Positions 20,487-29,511 of a stretch of 50,725 nt of DNA are shown here, piece after piece. Within the stretch, counting starts at the first letter, position 1, and the number at the start of each line of letters is the position of its first letter. The notes beneath the pieces are model-generated. The model searched no databases. It was not told the DNA's origin and saw only the letters and a program-made list of their open reading frames with translations. The stretch lies in IMG/VR virus record IMGVR_UViG_3300038334_000143, positions 1-50,725 of that record; one strand, written 5' to 3'. This DNA is from a virus (Duplodnaviria; Caudoviricetes). A program made the translations under genes and the position numbers.

Positions 20487-20801
20487 TTAGTTTATTTTGC
20501 TCTCAATTTTCGTGAGTCTATCACGCAATTCCTGCATCTTTTCAAATCGGCGCTCCTCGATATCGGCTCGCAGTTCGTTCATTGCTCTGAGCTCGCCGAG
20601 GGTGTAGTCCCTGAGTTCGTCAAACTCGCGCTTGACCGACTCCTGTTCTCGGCTAAGTCGTTCGAGCCACCCGGAGAACATCTTCATTACCTGACGCACG
20701 ATGGCGACTACAAGAACAGCAACAAGGTATACATACCGAGCATTATCAACAGCAAATCCATTAAGCGCAGCCAGTAGTGTTTGAAAAACTGATTGATCCA
20801 C
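20487..20801 (-). CDS. Holin-like membrane protein (TM plus coiled coil)
   Basis: YVYLVAVLVVAIV TM segment; adjacent to endolysin. Confidence 0.55.
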   Translation of the reverse strand: MDQSVFQTLLAALNGFAVDNARYVYLVAVLVVAIVRQVMKMFSGWLERLSREQESVKREFDELRDYTLGELRAMNELRADIEERRFEKMQELRDRLTKIESKIN

Positions 20802-20810
20802 ATTGCCGCC

Positions 20811-21041
20811 TCACTGTTTATTATATTGAATATTGACGCCGGGCTTGATCGTCACATGCTTGCCAATATACCCGAAAGAGGTCAAAAACCACAGACCCAG
20901 AATTATTACAATTATCCCGATCAGAAGTTCTTTGCCTTTATATTTGACTGTTCCTATGACAGTACGTGGCAGCCATGGCAAGCTCATGAGCCATTCGTTC
21001 TCTGCGATCAGTTCTTTTTTTGTTTTCTTTTTCTTTGCCAT
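20811..21041 (-). CDS. Small membrane protein (holin/antiholin candidate)
   Basis: Basic N-terminus, TM LLIGIIVIILGLWFL. Confidence 0.55.
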   Translation of the reverse strand: MAKKKKTKKELIAENEWLMSLPWLPRTVIGTVKYKGKELLIGIIVIILGLWFLTSFGYIGKHVTIKPGVNIQYNKQ

Positions 21042-21044
21042 GTT

Positions 21045-21470
21045 TTACCCCACAACTTCATATTTTTTCCCGAGTTCATCAAAGTACTTTAACGGATTAT
21101 ATGGAGTATGATATTTCCATCTCTCAAAATGTAGGTGTTCTCCATATCCCTTTTCGATCATGTATTCCGTTCGCGTCGATTGTCCGACCACAGTCCCCTC
21201 GTCGTATATATCACCCTGGACGAACTCAACGGGCGTTATGTGGGTAAACTTAATTTCACCACCCGATTTCACCGGTGTGAAAACATGAGTCCACCCCCAT
21301 TTCTCTTGATGCACTGAGCGCAAATATATAGCATCCTCTGGGAGAACTGCGTCAAGACGGTATCTGAAGGCATCGTCCCATGAACGGATGTCAACCCCCT
21401 TATGTGGCACACCGCCACGAACTCCGAACGGAGAAGTGATTTTCATCGGTCCCGAATCGGTCTTAATCAT
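21045..21470 (-). CDS. M23 family peptidase (endolysin)
   Basis: ITSPFGVR, HKGVD (HxxxD), HLHFE (HxH). Confidence 0.9.
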   Translation of the reverse strand: MIKTDSGPMKITSPFGVRGGVPHKGVDIRSWDDAFRYRLDAVLPEDAIYLRSVHQEKWGWTHVFTPVKSGGEIKFTHITPVEFVQGDIYDEGTVVGQSTRTEYMIEKGYGEHLHFERWKYHTPYNPLKYFDELGKKYEVVG

Positions 21471-23170
21471 GCCGCCTGTCCTCCGTCCGTCACTGTTGTT
21501 GCGCCGGTTTTCTGTCCGTTCGCCATGCCGCCGCCCTTTGACGCGGCCATGTACACCTCGACCGCTGCGGCAAGCTCTTTCAGTTCAAGCGCAGTCCTGC
21601 GCAAGTTCTCGTCATAGTCGCCACCGCCGCGTTCTGCTGCGATCTGCTGGCCGGTTTTATATGCGTGGAGCTGCTCCTCGACGTGCGCTTTTACACTGCG
21701 CAGCGGGTCGATGTCCGGCCTCTGGTTGCCGATCCAGGAAGCATTCGCCCACGCGTTGCGCTCTTCCTCGTATTCCCAGCCCGGCGCGGTAATCTTTTCC
21801 CGATCGATTTCGCCCCATAGCCACATTTTATACACCACATCGCAAAAATCCCACCCGTGATCCATACGAAAACGCTCAACCGCATTCCAGAAAAGGAGCA
21901 GCTCGCCCCTGGCCCCCGTATACGACTGGTTAAAATTGTATTCAACAGCCGACAATGGTGTATTGAGAGACGAGGCGATGCTCTTTTTCACTTCAGAGCA
22001 AAACGCGCCGAACCCGGCAGTTGGCCGTTTCGTGTCAAACGACTCGATCTCGTGCCCGGCGGGAATCTCGTCAACAATCAAGCCTCCGTGCTCCATATCG
22101 ACGGTCTCAATCTTTGATTTCCAGTCGGTCGTTTGTGTCCGCACGACCTCAGATGTGCTCTTTTTTTGCACTCCGCGCGGGATTGTCGGTTTGCCGTCGG
22201 TGTCTTTCGGGGGCTTAACCCACACAGCAAATATGGCGTTAATAATCGCAGCCTGGAGTTCGAGCACCTGGTAATCTGCAAGCTTCGTCATTTCCGGCAT
22301 TGAGCGAGAGAGTATTGGAATTCCCCGGCGGTGCCGTTCGTTATCGCCGAGATATTTGTGGATCACAAAAGTGCGGCCTGATTTCGGCCCGGTTTTGAGG
22401 ATGCGTTCGGTCGAGTTTGTGATATCGTTATATATATGATACGCGACCGCCTCATCTCTCGCGTCATATTCAATTCCGTTAATCAGGCGATTCCCTGCGG
22501 CAGCTGGGATGCTCCCGCTGCGCACGTTTTCGGGCGGGATTATTTGTATTCGGAGCGGATTTTTATTCAACGTCCCGGCATAACGGAGGACCGCAAAATA
22601 TTCACCATCTTTCAAGAGATAGAAAAACAGCGTCCGAGTGAGTTTGTAAAAATTGCGTTCGTTGCGGTAATCGACATAGGGCTGTTTCGCCCAGTTGCGG
22701 AAACGCGCCTCAGTGAGCGTCTGCCACTTCTTTTTTGCCTCATCGTCTGCAAATTTTGGACTGTCGAGCAAATCCCAGGAGGGCATTGATTGAAGATCGA
22801 GCTTTGCTCCTACCACTGTATCCACAAGCCGGTCTATAATTGCCCGTCCCGTAGGGCTCTCCCAGTATGCTATTCGGGAGGCCTTGCGGAGGATCGTATT
22901 ATCGGTACCCCACCATCCGGTATTATTCGATGCGCCGGAATTGGAATAGATAGATTTTTCTACGCTGCTATATAATTCAGGAGACAGCGCGCGAGGAGGT
23001 TCCGCCAGCGAGAGGAGGGATTCGGCAAGGCGAGATTGCATTCGGAGGGCTTCCTTTTTCAAGGTCAGCTCTTGCCGCTGGAGTTCGAGGCGCATGGCTT
23101 TCGCCTCGGTGCGCCGCTGGCGGAACCCGGACACGCTTTTTAAAGGGTTTTGGATTTTAGGCATTTGCAT
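21467..23170 (-). CDS. Portal protein, lambda family
   Basis: KDGEYF, INGIEYD...AVAYHI, RGIPIL, SYTGAR, IDPLRSVKA. Confidence 0.95.
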   Translation of the reverse strand: MQMPKIQNPLKSVSGFRQRRTEAKAMRLELQRQELTLKKEALRMQSRLAESLLSLAEPPRALSPELYSSVEKSIYSNSGASNNTGWWGTDNTILRKASRIAYWESPTGRAIIDRLVDTVVGAKLDLQSMPSWDLLDSPKFADDEAKKKWQTLTEARFRNWAKQPYVDYRNERNFYKLTRTLFFYLLKDGEYFAVLRYAGTLNKNPLRIQIIPPENVRSGSIPAAAGNRLINGIEYDARDEAVAYHIYNDITNSTERILKTGPKSGRTFVIHKYLGDNERHRRGIPILSRSMPEMTKLADYQVLELQAAIINAIFAVWVKPPKDTDGKPTIPRGVQKKSTSEVVRTQTTDWKSKIETVDMEHGGLIVDEIPAGHEIESFDTKRPTAGFGAFCSEVKKSIASSLNTPLSAVEYNFNQSYTGARGELLLFWNAVERFRMDHGWDFCDVVYKMWLWGEIDREKITAPGWEYEEERNAWANASWIGNQRPDIDPLRSVKAHVEEQLHAYKTGQQIAAERGGGDYDENLRRTALELKELAAAVEVYMAASKGGGMANGQKTGATTVTDGGQAA

Positions 23171-23173
23171 ATA

Positions 23174-23437
23174 TTATCCCCTGTAAAATTTTCCACCGTA
23201 TAACTTCGCCGTCGTCTGCCCGGTTTTAATTGTTCTGGCTTCATACCACGAATTGAGAATATCGGCCGCCTTGTCTGCGTCTTGACTCTCAACTCTCTGT
23301 CGGGTCTGCGAGTCGGAAAGATCATAGAGTTTTATCTCTGTGGCATTCTCGACCATCGCGGTATATTTCGCAATCTTCTCGTCTATCTCTTCGAGAGTAT
23401 GAGCTTTTGCCAACGCTGAAGGATTTAGTTTTGACAT
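23174..23437 (-). CDS. Head completion protein (gpW-like)
   Basis: Small ORF between terL and portal as in lambda. Confidence 0.6.
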   Translation of the reverse strand: MSKLNPSALAKAHTLEEIDEKIAKYTAMVENATEIKLYDLSDSQTRQRVESQDADKAADILNSWYEARTIKTGQTTAKLYGGKFYRG

Positions 23438-23454
23438 GTCGCACCTTTGGGCGT

Positions 23455-23482
23455 ATAATACACGTTAGACGATATATGTCAA
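23455..23482 (-). promoter_or_regulatory. Sigma70-like promoter for gpW-portal operon
   Basis: Minus-strand TTGACA-N16-TATTAT; spacer contains the CGTCTAACGT motif. Confidence 0.55.
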
Positions 23483-23519
23483 CAGAAAGATTATGAGAAA
23501 TAAAAAAAATGTTATGCGG

Positions 23520-25532
23520 TTATGCGGCATATAAGAGAGCGGCCTCCTGCTCGTTGATAAAAACGTCGTTGTCCGGTTGAATCTCGACAAGTTTCTGCGC
23601 TTTTCGCTTCTCGTTTTCAATCTCAAAATAGCGGTCAAACGCGAATTGATAGGCCGCAATATTGTATTTTGCAACGTCGAAAACCTCGTTCCTTCGCTGT
23701 TTTCGGTTCTCAATTGTAATACGCTGTTTGCCGTTCTTTTTCGTCTCAATGAAAATTTCCTCAGAGGTGAGCTGTTTATAAAATTCCTCTCCAAATGCCT
23801 GATCGCCTTTTCTAGGAAAGTGCATATAGCCGTAAGGGTATCCCTCCGCGTATGGTGTTTTTCGCAGCGTTCCGTATAACGCGAATTTCAATTTCTGGTC
23901 CGACAGGCCCACGACCGGCGTTTTAATGTCGCTCTTCATGATCTTTGTAGTCTTCCCGGCGTCAATTGCCTCCCGCGCCAATACCGGATACACGCCGGCA
24001 ATTGATTCCTGGTGGTAATCAAATTGATCGCAAAAATTATATACCTGGTCTTTATGATATTGAGAATCAACAAAGGCGATCTGTACGTTCATTTCAACGT
24101 TATCCGCCCGGCGGTATGTTGCCGTGACAATCTCTTCAAGTTTTTTCCAGCATTGATCCTCAACGAGATGAGGTGATCCCGGTATATTCCAGTAATCAAT
24201 GAACCACGACTCTTTATTGCGTCCCCATCCAACGAGGCCCGCTTCAATCCGGTCCCCCTGAACGTCTGCGGCCAGCGTAAGAAAGATCACGCGGTCGCTG
24301 ATATAGCCACGCTCCCATCCCTCTGCATTTTTCCGCAGCTCGTGAATGTCCGGCGCGTCGATACGCTCCTGCCATGTCTCGCCGAGAACATCATTGATGA
24401 AATCCGGGAGGAGTAGGGGATCGTCTTTCACTTTTTCCCATTGCAGCACGATGTCAATCCACGACCGAAACCCATACAGGGCGTTAATATGATACGACCG
24501 CACGAATGGCCGGGAGGGCTTCTTCGTTGGTATCCATTCTGCAGTCCCTCCACGCCCTTTTTCGAGGAGTAATTCCCGTTTCTCATGCTCGAGAATTTTC
24601 CGCCCGCAATTCACGCACTCATAATAAACCGGATTCTTCTCGATGGTCTCCACGCCGTTAATTATCCGGTACTGTATATCCGGCTTGCCTTCCTGATTCT
24701 TATCCCATTTTAATTGAGCCCATACTAACGGCTGTTGTATCCCGCAATCGGGGCAGGTGAAATTATAATACCGCTTATCCCCTTCCTCGCATTTCGGTTC
24801 AATTTGAGAGGTGCTTTTTTGCTTTGGCGTTGACCCGCCACAAATCTTTCTCAGATTCCCGTATGAATCCGTCCGGCGTTCCGCTTTTTCGAGCGGGTTT
24901 CCAGTACTCGTCCCACCCTTGACTATGTTCTGCGGATAAATATCGATTTCGTCCTCATGGAGACAGCGGTTCGGAAACGATCTGAGTTTGCTCTCCGAGT
25001 TCGGTCCGACGGCTCTCATAAACGTGCCGCCGTAGGACTTCGAGTCCATCCGGTCCCCGGTACTCTTCCCTTTTTTCTTTGTGATGTTCGCCCTGATTTT
25101 CTCCTGCAATCCTGCCGAGTAGATCATCTCGTCTACTCTCTTTTCCATTTGTTCCTCGGCCATGGCCTGGTCACCGGAAATATAGAGGAGGGGACCGATA
25201 CTGTATTCAATACAATACCCGATATGATTCTCATACACGCCGACCGTAAAGCCGACCTGCGTTGCTTTCATGACATATACTTCCTGGACCGGTGAGAGGA
25301 CCGAAAGACAGTCGGCAATCTCTCGCAAATATGGCGCATTGTCATAATCGTATCGCCCCGGAATAGCCGCAAGCCCCCCGGAAAGCGTCCTTTTGCGTTC
25401 CGCCCACTCGCTAACCGACTCGCTGACGTTCTCCTCCGGGAATGCCGAAATCAGACCGTCAAGGTACATTTCCATATCGTCTAACGTGTCAATGGTGAGA
25501 AATAAAGCAGGGGAGAGAAGGGGGCGTGTCAT
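23520..25532 (-). CDS. terL: Terminase large subunit, GpA family
   Basis: APYLREI, KATQVGFT Walker A, DEID Walker B, STP, CPDCG, ADVQGDR, RNEVFD. Confidence 0.96.
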   Translation of the reverse strand: MTRPLLSPALFLTIDTLDDMEMYLDGLISAFPEENVSESVSEWAERKRTLSGGLAAIPGRYDYDNAPYLREIADCLSVLSPVQEVYVMKATQVGFTVGVYENHIGYCIEYSIGPLLYISGDQAMAEEQMEKRVDEMIYSAGLQEKIRANITKKKGKSTGDRMDSKSYGGTFMRAVGPNSESKLRSFPNRCLHEDEIDIYPQNIVKGGTSTGNPLEKAERRTDSYGNLRKICGGSTPKQKSTSQIEPKCEEGDKRYYNFTCPDCGIQQPLVWAQLKWDKNQEGKPDIQYRIINGVETIEKNPVYYECVNCGRKILEHEKRELLLEKGRGGTAEWIPTKKPSRPFVRSYHINALYGFRSWIDIVLQWEKVKDDPLLLPDFINDVLGETWQERIDAPDIHELRKNAEGWERGYISDRVIFLTLAADVQGDRIEAGLVGWGRNKESWFIDYWNIPGSPHLVEDQCWKKLEEIVTATYRRADNVEMNVQIAFVDSQYHKDQVYNFCDQFDYHQESIAGVYPVLAREAIDAGKTTKIMKSDIKTPVVGLSDQKLKFALYGTLRKTPYAEGYPYGYMHFPRKGDQAFGEEFYKQLTSEEIFIETKKNGKQRITIENRKQRRNEVFDVAKYNIAAYQFAFDRYFEIENEKRKAQKLVEIQPDNDVFINEQEAALLYAA

Positions 25533-25539
25533 GATACAA

Positions 25540-26286
25540 TCAGCCCCCTATTTTTTTTGAGGTTTGATTTTTAAAATCCTGAACGAGCTTTTTCACTTCT
25601 TCGTTGATTATTTTCTCTATTTCTTTTTCCATGCCCACTCGCTCGACCTTCTGGCAAATTCGTGTACTCGTCCGACGGCCAAGATCAACGAACATCTGTA
25701 TTGATTGCCCCATTTCACGGAGGCGTGATTCGATGATATCTCGACGGACAAGATTCCCGAGTTTCTCCTGCATCTCAATTGCTTTGAGCTGCACCTCGGT
25801 ATACGTCTTCAATTCTTTGAGCGAGGTCGGTTTATAGTAGGACAATTCCTCGCCGACATCCACTCCCTCATCTGGGCTGATCTCAACGATCTTCTTTACT
25901 CGTTTTCCGGCGGGTTTCCGTGCTCCCGCCGCCTTGCCCGGCCCCCCTTTTTTCTCCGCCGGACCCGTCGTTTTCTTCCCCTGGCTCTGCCCTGTGTGCC
26001 GTTTATCCTCGCTCACCGGCACCTTTTCGATCCCTGGCTGTGTCGCGTTCACCGCTTTTTTCGGTGCTTTCTCAGCCTGTGGCGGTCGCTCCTTTTTCGG
26101 CTTCGGCGGTTTCTCCGGCTTTTTGCCCTCCATATATAGCAGCCAGTGAGGATGTTCGATGTCTATCATGTTGTCGCCGTCCTGATCCACGGCGAAAAAT
26201 TCCCACACGCGGCGGGATAGTTTATGGATATTCTGCCGCGATACTCCTTTCAGTTCTGCAGCTTCGAGTTGTGAGATGAGCTTCAT
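25540..26286 (-). CDS. terS: Terminase small subunit (putative)
   Basis: N-terminal HTH (AELKGVSRQNI), K/P-rich linker, GNLVRRD coiled coil; upstream of terL. Confidence 0.75.
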   Translation of the reverse strand: MKLISQLEAAELKGVSRQNIHKLSRRVWEFFAVDQDGDNMIDIEHPHWLLYMEGKKPEKPPKPKKERPPQAEKAPKKAVNATQPGIEKVPVSEDKRHTGQSQGKKTTGPAEKKGGPGKAAGARKPAGKRVKKIVEISPDEGVDVGEELSYYKPTSLKELKTYTEVQLKAIEMQEKLGNLVRRDIIESRLREMGQSIQMFVDLGRRTSTRICQKVERVGMEKEIEKIINEEVKKLVQDFKNQTSKKIGG

Positions 26287-26645
26287 GTCCCGAACCCCGC
26301 TTTCTCCAACGGTATTCCTCCGGGCCCGGTCGCCTCTGTCATTTCTCCAGTCTGTTCCCGCCTCTCCTCTCTTGCAATAACGTCCCCGCTGTCACTCCTC
26401 AGTCTTGCCTCCAGCGATTTCACCCGCCTGTCTTTCAGCCTCAACTGTGTATCATAGAACATGATGATCTGCACCAGCTCCGCCGTTGTCCGCTGTCCAA
26501 AATCGTACACGAACCGCCCGTCATCGTCAATATCATCCGGGGGCACGCATAAAAATTGATAATCAATTCGCTTAATCATTTTTCGTCTTCTCGTCTCTTC
26601 TTCTCGCTCGGAAATATACTTTCGCATAACGTCCTTTGTCAACAA
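26283..26645 (-). CDS. Hypothetical protein (true start probably downstream of 26645)
   Basis: Coupled to terS; 5' part overlaps a TTGACA promoter-like sequence. Confidence 0.55.
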   Translation of the reverse strand: MLTKDVMRKYISEREEETRRRKMIKRIDYQFLCVPPDDIDDDGRFVYDFGQRTTAELVQIIMFYDTQLRLKDRRVKSLEARLRSDSGDVIAREERREQTGEMTEATGPGGIPLEKAGFGT

Positions 26646-26730
26646 AAAAATGTCAACTGTTATGCGATGATGTAAAAATCATCAAGGATGGGAGAGGGCC
26701 GGTTGACCATGTCGAAAAATGTGAGTCGAA

Positions 26731-26784
26731 GGGGCGCGGGCTCGAGTAGCACCCCACCGGGCGGTCGGAAGTTGGACAGTACCT
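26731..26784 (-). other. Candidate cos site (cosQ/cosN-like)
   Basis: AGGTACT...CCGAC...GGGGTGCTACTCGAGCCCGCG upstream of the terS operon, resembling the lambda GGGTCCT...CCGAC...GGGCGGCGACCTCGCG layout. Confidence 0.4.
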
Positions 26785-26899
26785 TTTGAATTGAGGCGCG
26801 ACAGCGGCAGGGAGGGACAGAAATATAACAAAAGTTGTGCGAAAAATTAAAAAACTGAGAAAAAACTGATTACAGGACTTTTCGACATAATAAAGAAGA

Positions 26900-27260
26900 A
26901 TGGCAAAGTGGCAAAGTTTAAGCTACTTTTGTTCCAGTTTTTCAAAACATGGAAATCGGCTATCATGCTAGCAACAATCTTGAAATCCTGCCATAAGTTG
27001 AAAAAAACTCTGCCACTCTGCCACTTTTTGAGAAGTTGATACCATATGTTGCAATAAACGCCTGTAATCGGATTTTCGAGTGGCAAAGTAGGGGTTTAAA
27101 CTATGCCGGTACTTTGCCGATTTGGGGGTAAACTATGCCACTGAGCGGGTGCTCGTGGTTGGTGCTTAAGGAAACACTGAAATATACAAAAGATAGGGAA
27201 TGTTGAGAAACGGCAAAAAGTGGCAAAGTACCGGCATAGTTTGAAAACAAGAATGCCACT
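26900..27260. repeat. Iteron-like (GT)GGCA(A/T/G)AGT repeats; candidate replication origin
   Basis: About 10 copies on both strands; perfect 21-bp inverted repeat 27098-27118 / 27222-27242. Confidence 0.65.
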
Positions 27261-27537
27261 CGGTTTTTTGGAAACCTGGAGGAGACCTGTAATAGACCTG
27301 TCGCAGACCTGTAGTTTTGAGAGGCGGGAAAACGGGGCCCGGGCGAGGCGGTTATGCGGCGGATGCGGGCGGTTATGCGGTGAGGTCGGGCGTGCGGATC
27401 GTGGCACGATGGGCCAGATTAATAGCAACTCGTCAACTTTTTTTGGCCGGGAAAAAAAAATGATTGAATCTTACAAACGGGGCGTTATATGGTTGCGCAC
27501 GTTAGATGAAACAGGGGAGGGACAAGCCCTCCCGTAA

Positions 27538-27732
27538 TTATTTCTTTGTTTCACGTTTTTGTAATTCAGACTTTGCAGCTTCGAGCTTTTCTTGTATATG
27601 TTGACCTCTCTCAATTTCAGCAATGTTTAAAGAGGCACGCTCATCGAGCAAAGGATTTGATAGTGAATTAAGAGTAAGTTCGAGGTTGTTGATGAGGGTT
27701 TTAAGATCATCGTCAGAATAATTTTTAGGCAT
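27538..27732 (-). CDS. Small hypothetical protein
   Basis: AAGGAG RBS; minus-strand TTGACA upstream; hairpin at 27514-27533 after stop. Confidence 0.6.
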   Translation of the reverse strand: MPKNYSDDDLKTLINNLELTLNSLSNPLLDERASLNIAEIERGQHIQEKLEAAKSELQKRETKK

Positions 27733-27855
27733 GGCAATTCTCCTTTTGGGTAGAGTTTCGTGCCTTCTGACGGCTAATTAAGGAGATTGTAAATAAAAAA
27801 CCGGTTTTTGTCAAGTAAAAATATTTATCGGAGACATGAACGAGGGGGGGGATTT

Positions 27856-28143
27856 ATGAACATAAACACATGGCAGCAAGGATATTTTGTAGATCAACGC
27901 CGATATTCAGGGTGGACAAAAGAGGAGAAAGAAAAAGCCGACAGAGATGAGCGACTGAAAGTTCGTCCTTCACCGACAGGTAATGCAATATGTTTCTGTA
28001 GCAATCCAGAAGATGCCAAGTGGATTGCCGAAAGGTTGAACATGGCGGCTAATCTGGAAGAAATGACGTATAATTTTACAACAGGAAAAAGTGACGGAAG
28101 TGATATTGTCGATTATGTGCGAAAGGCAATTGATAGAATATAG
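27856..28143 (+). CDS. Hypothetical protein
   Basis: G-rich RBS; AT-rich accessory ORF. Confidence 0.7.
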   Translation: MNINTWQQGYFVDQRRYSGWTKEEKEKADRDERLKVRPSPTGNAICFCSNPEDAKWIAERLNMAANLEEMTYNFTTGKSDGSDIVDYVRKAIDRI

Positions 28144-28189
28144 TCTGCCCGGTGTTTCCTTAACAGATACTGGTATTGAGGAGGAGTTT

Positions 28190-28426
28190 ATGAAAATTTT
28201 ACTGGGGCTAATAGTTTTATTTACAATTTGCTCTTTCGTAAATCCATGGGAACACAAATTGATTGATATTATTGACATAAATGGATTGAGGATTGAAGTC
28301 GATATAAAACCACAGATGTTAATAGGGTTTACACGAGAGTGGCATTCTTTGTGTATAGGAATGCCATTTTGCGACCTTTGGATACAGTGGGGAAAAGACA
28401 TTATTAAAGGTGGCCCTAGAGGTTAG
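28190..28426 (+). CDS. Small membrane/secreted hypothetical protein
   Basis: GAGGAG RBS; hydrophobic N-terminus. Confidence 0.65.
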   Translation: MKILLGLIVLFTICSFVNPWEHKLIDIIDINGLRIEVDIKPQMLIGFTREWHSLCIGMPFCDLWIQWGKDIIKGGPRG

Positions 28427-28458
28427 GTTAAGCGGCGTTGGCCTTATTGGGGGACGTT

Positions 28459-28659
28459 ATGGGAATGAATAAAAGCATACAATATGCTATATTTTGTGAG
28501 AATTGGGGACCAGGAATATGTCCTCAAGGGTTTGAAGATTTTGCAGATATTAAAAGCCCAACTCAATATTTCAAAAGAAAAGGATGGGTGCGTACCGGTG
28601 GTGATAAGTGGTATTGTCCCGATTGTGCAAAGAGAATGGGAATCAAGTGGGGCCAATGA
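28459..28659 (+). CDS. Small Cys-rich (Zn-finger-like) protein in cassette-like unit
   Basis: GW...WYCPDC motif. Confidence 0.65.
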   Translation: MGMNKSIQYAIFCENWGPGICPQGFEDFADIKSPTQYFKRKGWVRTGGDKWYCPDCAKRMGIKWGQ

Positions 28660-28661
28660 CC

Positions 28662-28731
28662 GCTTAACAGTCAATTTTAACCGCAGTCGGTATTTCCGAT
28701 TGAGCGCAGCGCCGGTTAAAATGTGTTGGGC
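28662..28731 (+). other. attC-like imperfect palindrome
   Basis: GCTTAAC (RYYYAAC) ... ATTTTAACCG/CGGTTAAAAT stem ... GTTGGGC (GTTRRRY). Confidence 0.55.
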
Positions 28732-28760
28732 GATTTGCTCAATATTAGCAGGGGGAAATT

Positions 28761-28967
28761 GTGGAAACTTTTAAATTTAGAACACCAAAGACAAATAAAA
28801 TCATAACCATTAAAAAAACATGCAATCTTTGTAAAAACAGATGGATGTGTAAATCAAAAGAAACTGCATGCAAACTATTTGATGCCGAGGATGGTTACTG
28901 CGCGAGATCACTACCGAATCACGATTGTAAATATATAAATTATGGATGTAGTGATTGCACACTATAA
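28761..28967 (+). CDS. Small Cys-rich protein in cassette-like unit
   Basis: GGGGG RBS, GTG start, multiple Cys including CxxC pairs. Confidence 0.6.
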   Translation: METFKFRTPKTNKIITIKKTCNLCKNRWMCKSKETACKLFDAEDGYCARSLPNHDCKYINYGCSDCTL

Positions 28968-29043
28968 AGATAGGGCATTTCGCCCAACAGTACGCATCCG
29001 CATTGCGTATTAACTCATAAAATAACCAGGAGGGCAGGATAAT

Positions 29044-29247
29044 ATGAGCGACCTTAATGTCCTTTCCGTCATCGAAAAATATCTCACTGATAACAAATTC
29101 GACGGCCTATATGTCCCTGGGGAATGTGCGTGCCGCGTGGGCGATCTCATGCCGTGTCAGGGGTTCTGTGGTGATTGCCTGCCTGGATATCTTGGACCGG
29201 GAAACGAGGAATGTGGCTGGAGCATAGGGGCGGAAAAAACGGAGTAG
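29044..29247 (+). CDS. Small Cys-rich phage protein
   Basis: FDGLY..ECAC...DLMPC...CLPGY; GGAGG RBS. Confidence 0.75.
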   Translation: MSDLNVLSVIEKYLTDNKFDGLYVPGECACRVGDLMPCQGFCGDCLPGYLGPGNEECGWSIGAEKTE

Positions 29248-29250
29248 ATC

Positions 29251-29511
29251 ATGCCGAACGAGAAGAACAAACAGACGGAATCGTCCGTGCCGACAACGTT
29301 AGACGAATCGAATAACACGGAGAACACCGGCAAGGTGCAACACAATACGCGAATCAGCCAGACAACGAAAAAGCTACTGAAAAAGGCATGTATTGATTTC
29401 GATATGGATGAGCAGACTTTTACGGATATCGCGTTGAATAAATACATTGATTTTCTCTATGGAGAGGCGGGGCCGGTGAGTGACGAGAGTTTGAGGAAGA
29501 TAGAGAAGTGA
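29251..29511 (+). CDS. Putative ribbon-helix-helix protein
   Basis: QHNTRISQTTKKLLKKAC...FTDIALNKYI pattern. Confidence 0.5.
   Translation: MPNEKNKQTESSVPTTLDESNNTENTGKVQHNTRISQTTKKLLKKACIDFDMDEQTFTDIALNKYIDFLYGEAGPVSDESLRKIEK

Noticed and set aside
26847-27537. ORFs of 79-110 aa across the repeat region
   Set aside because: Low-complexity translations of iteron DNA with no RBS; better explained as non-coding
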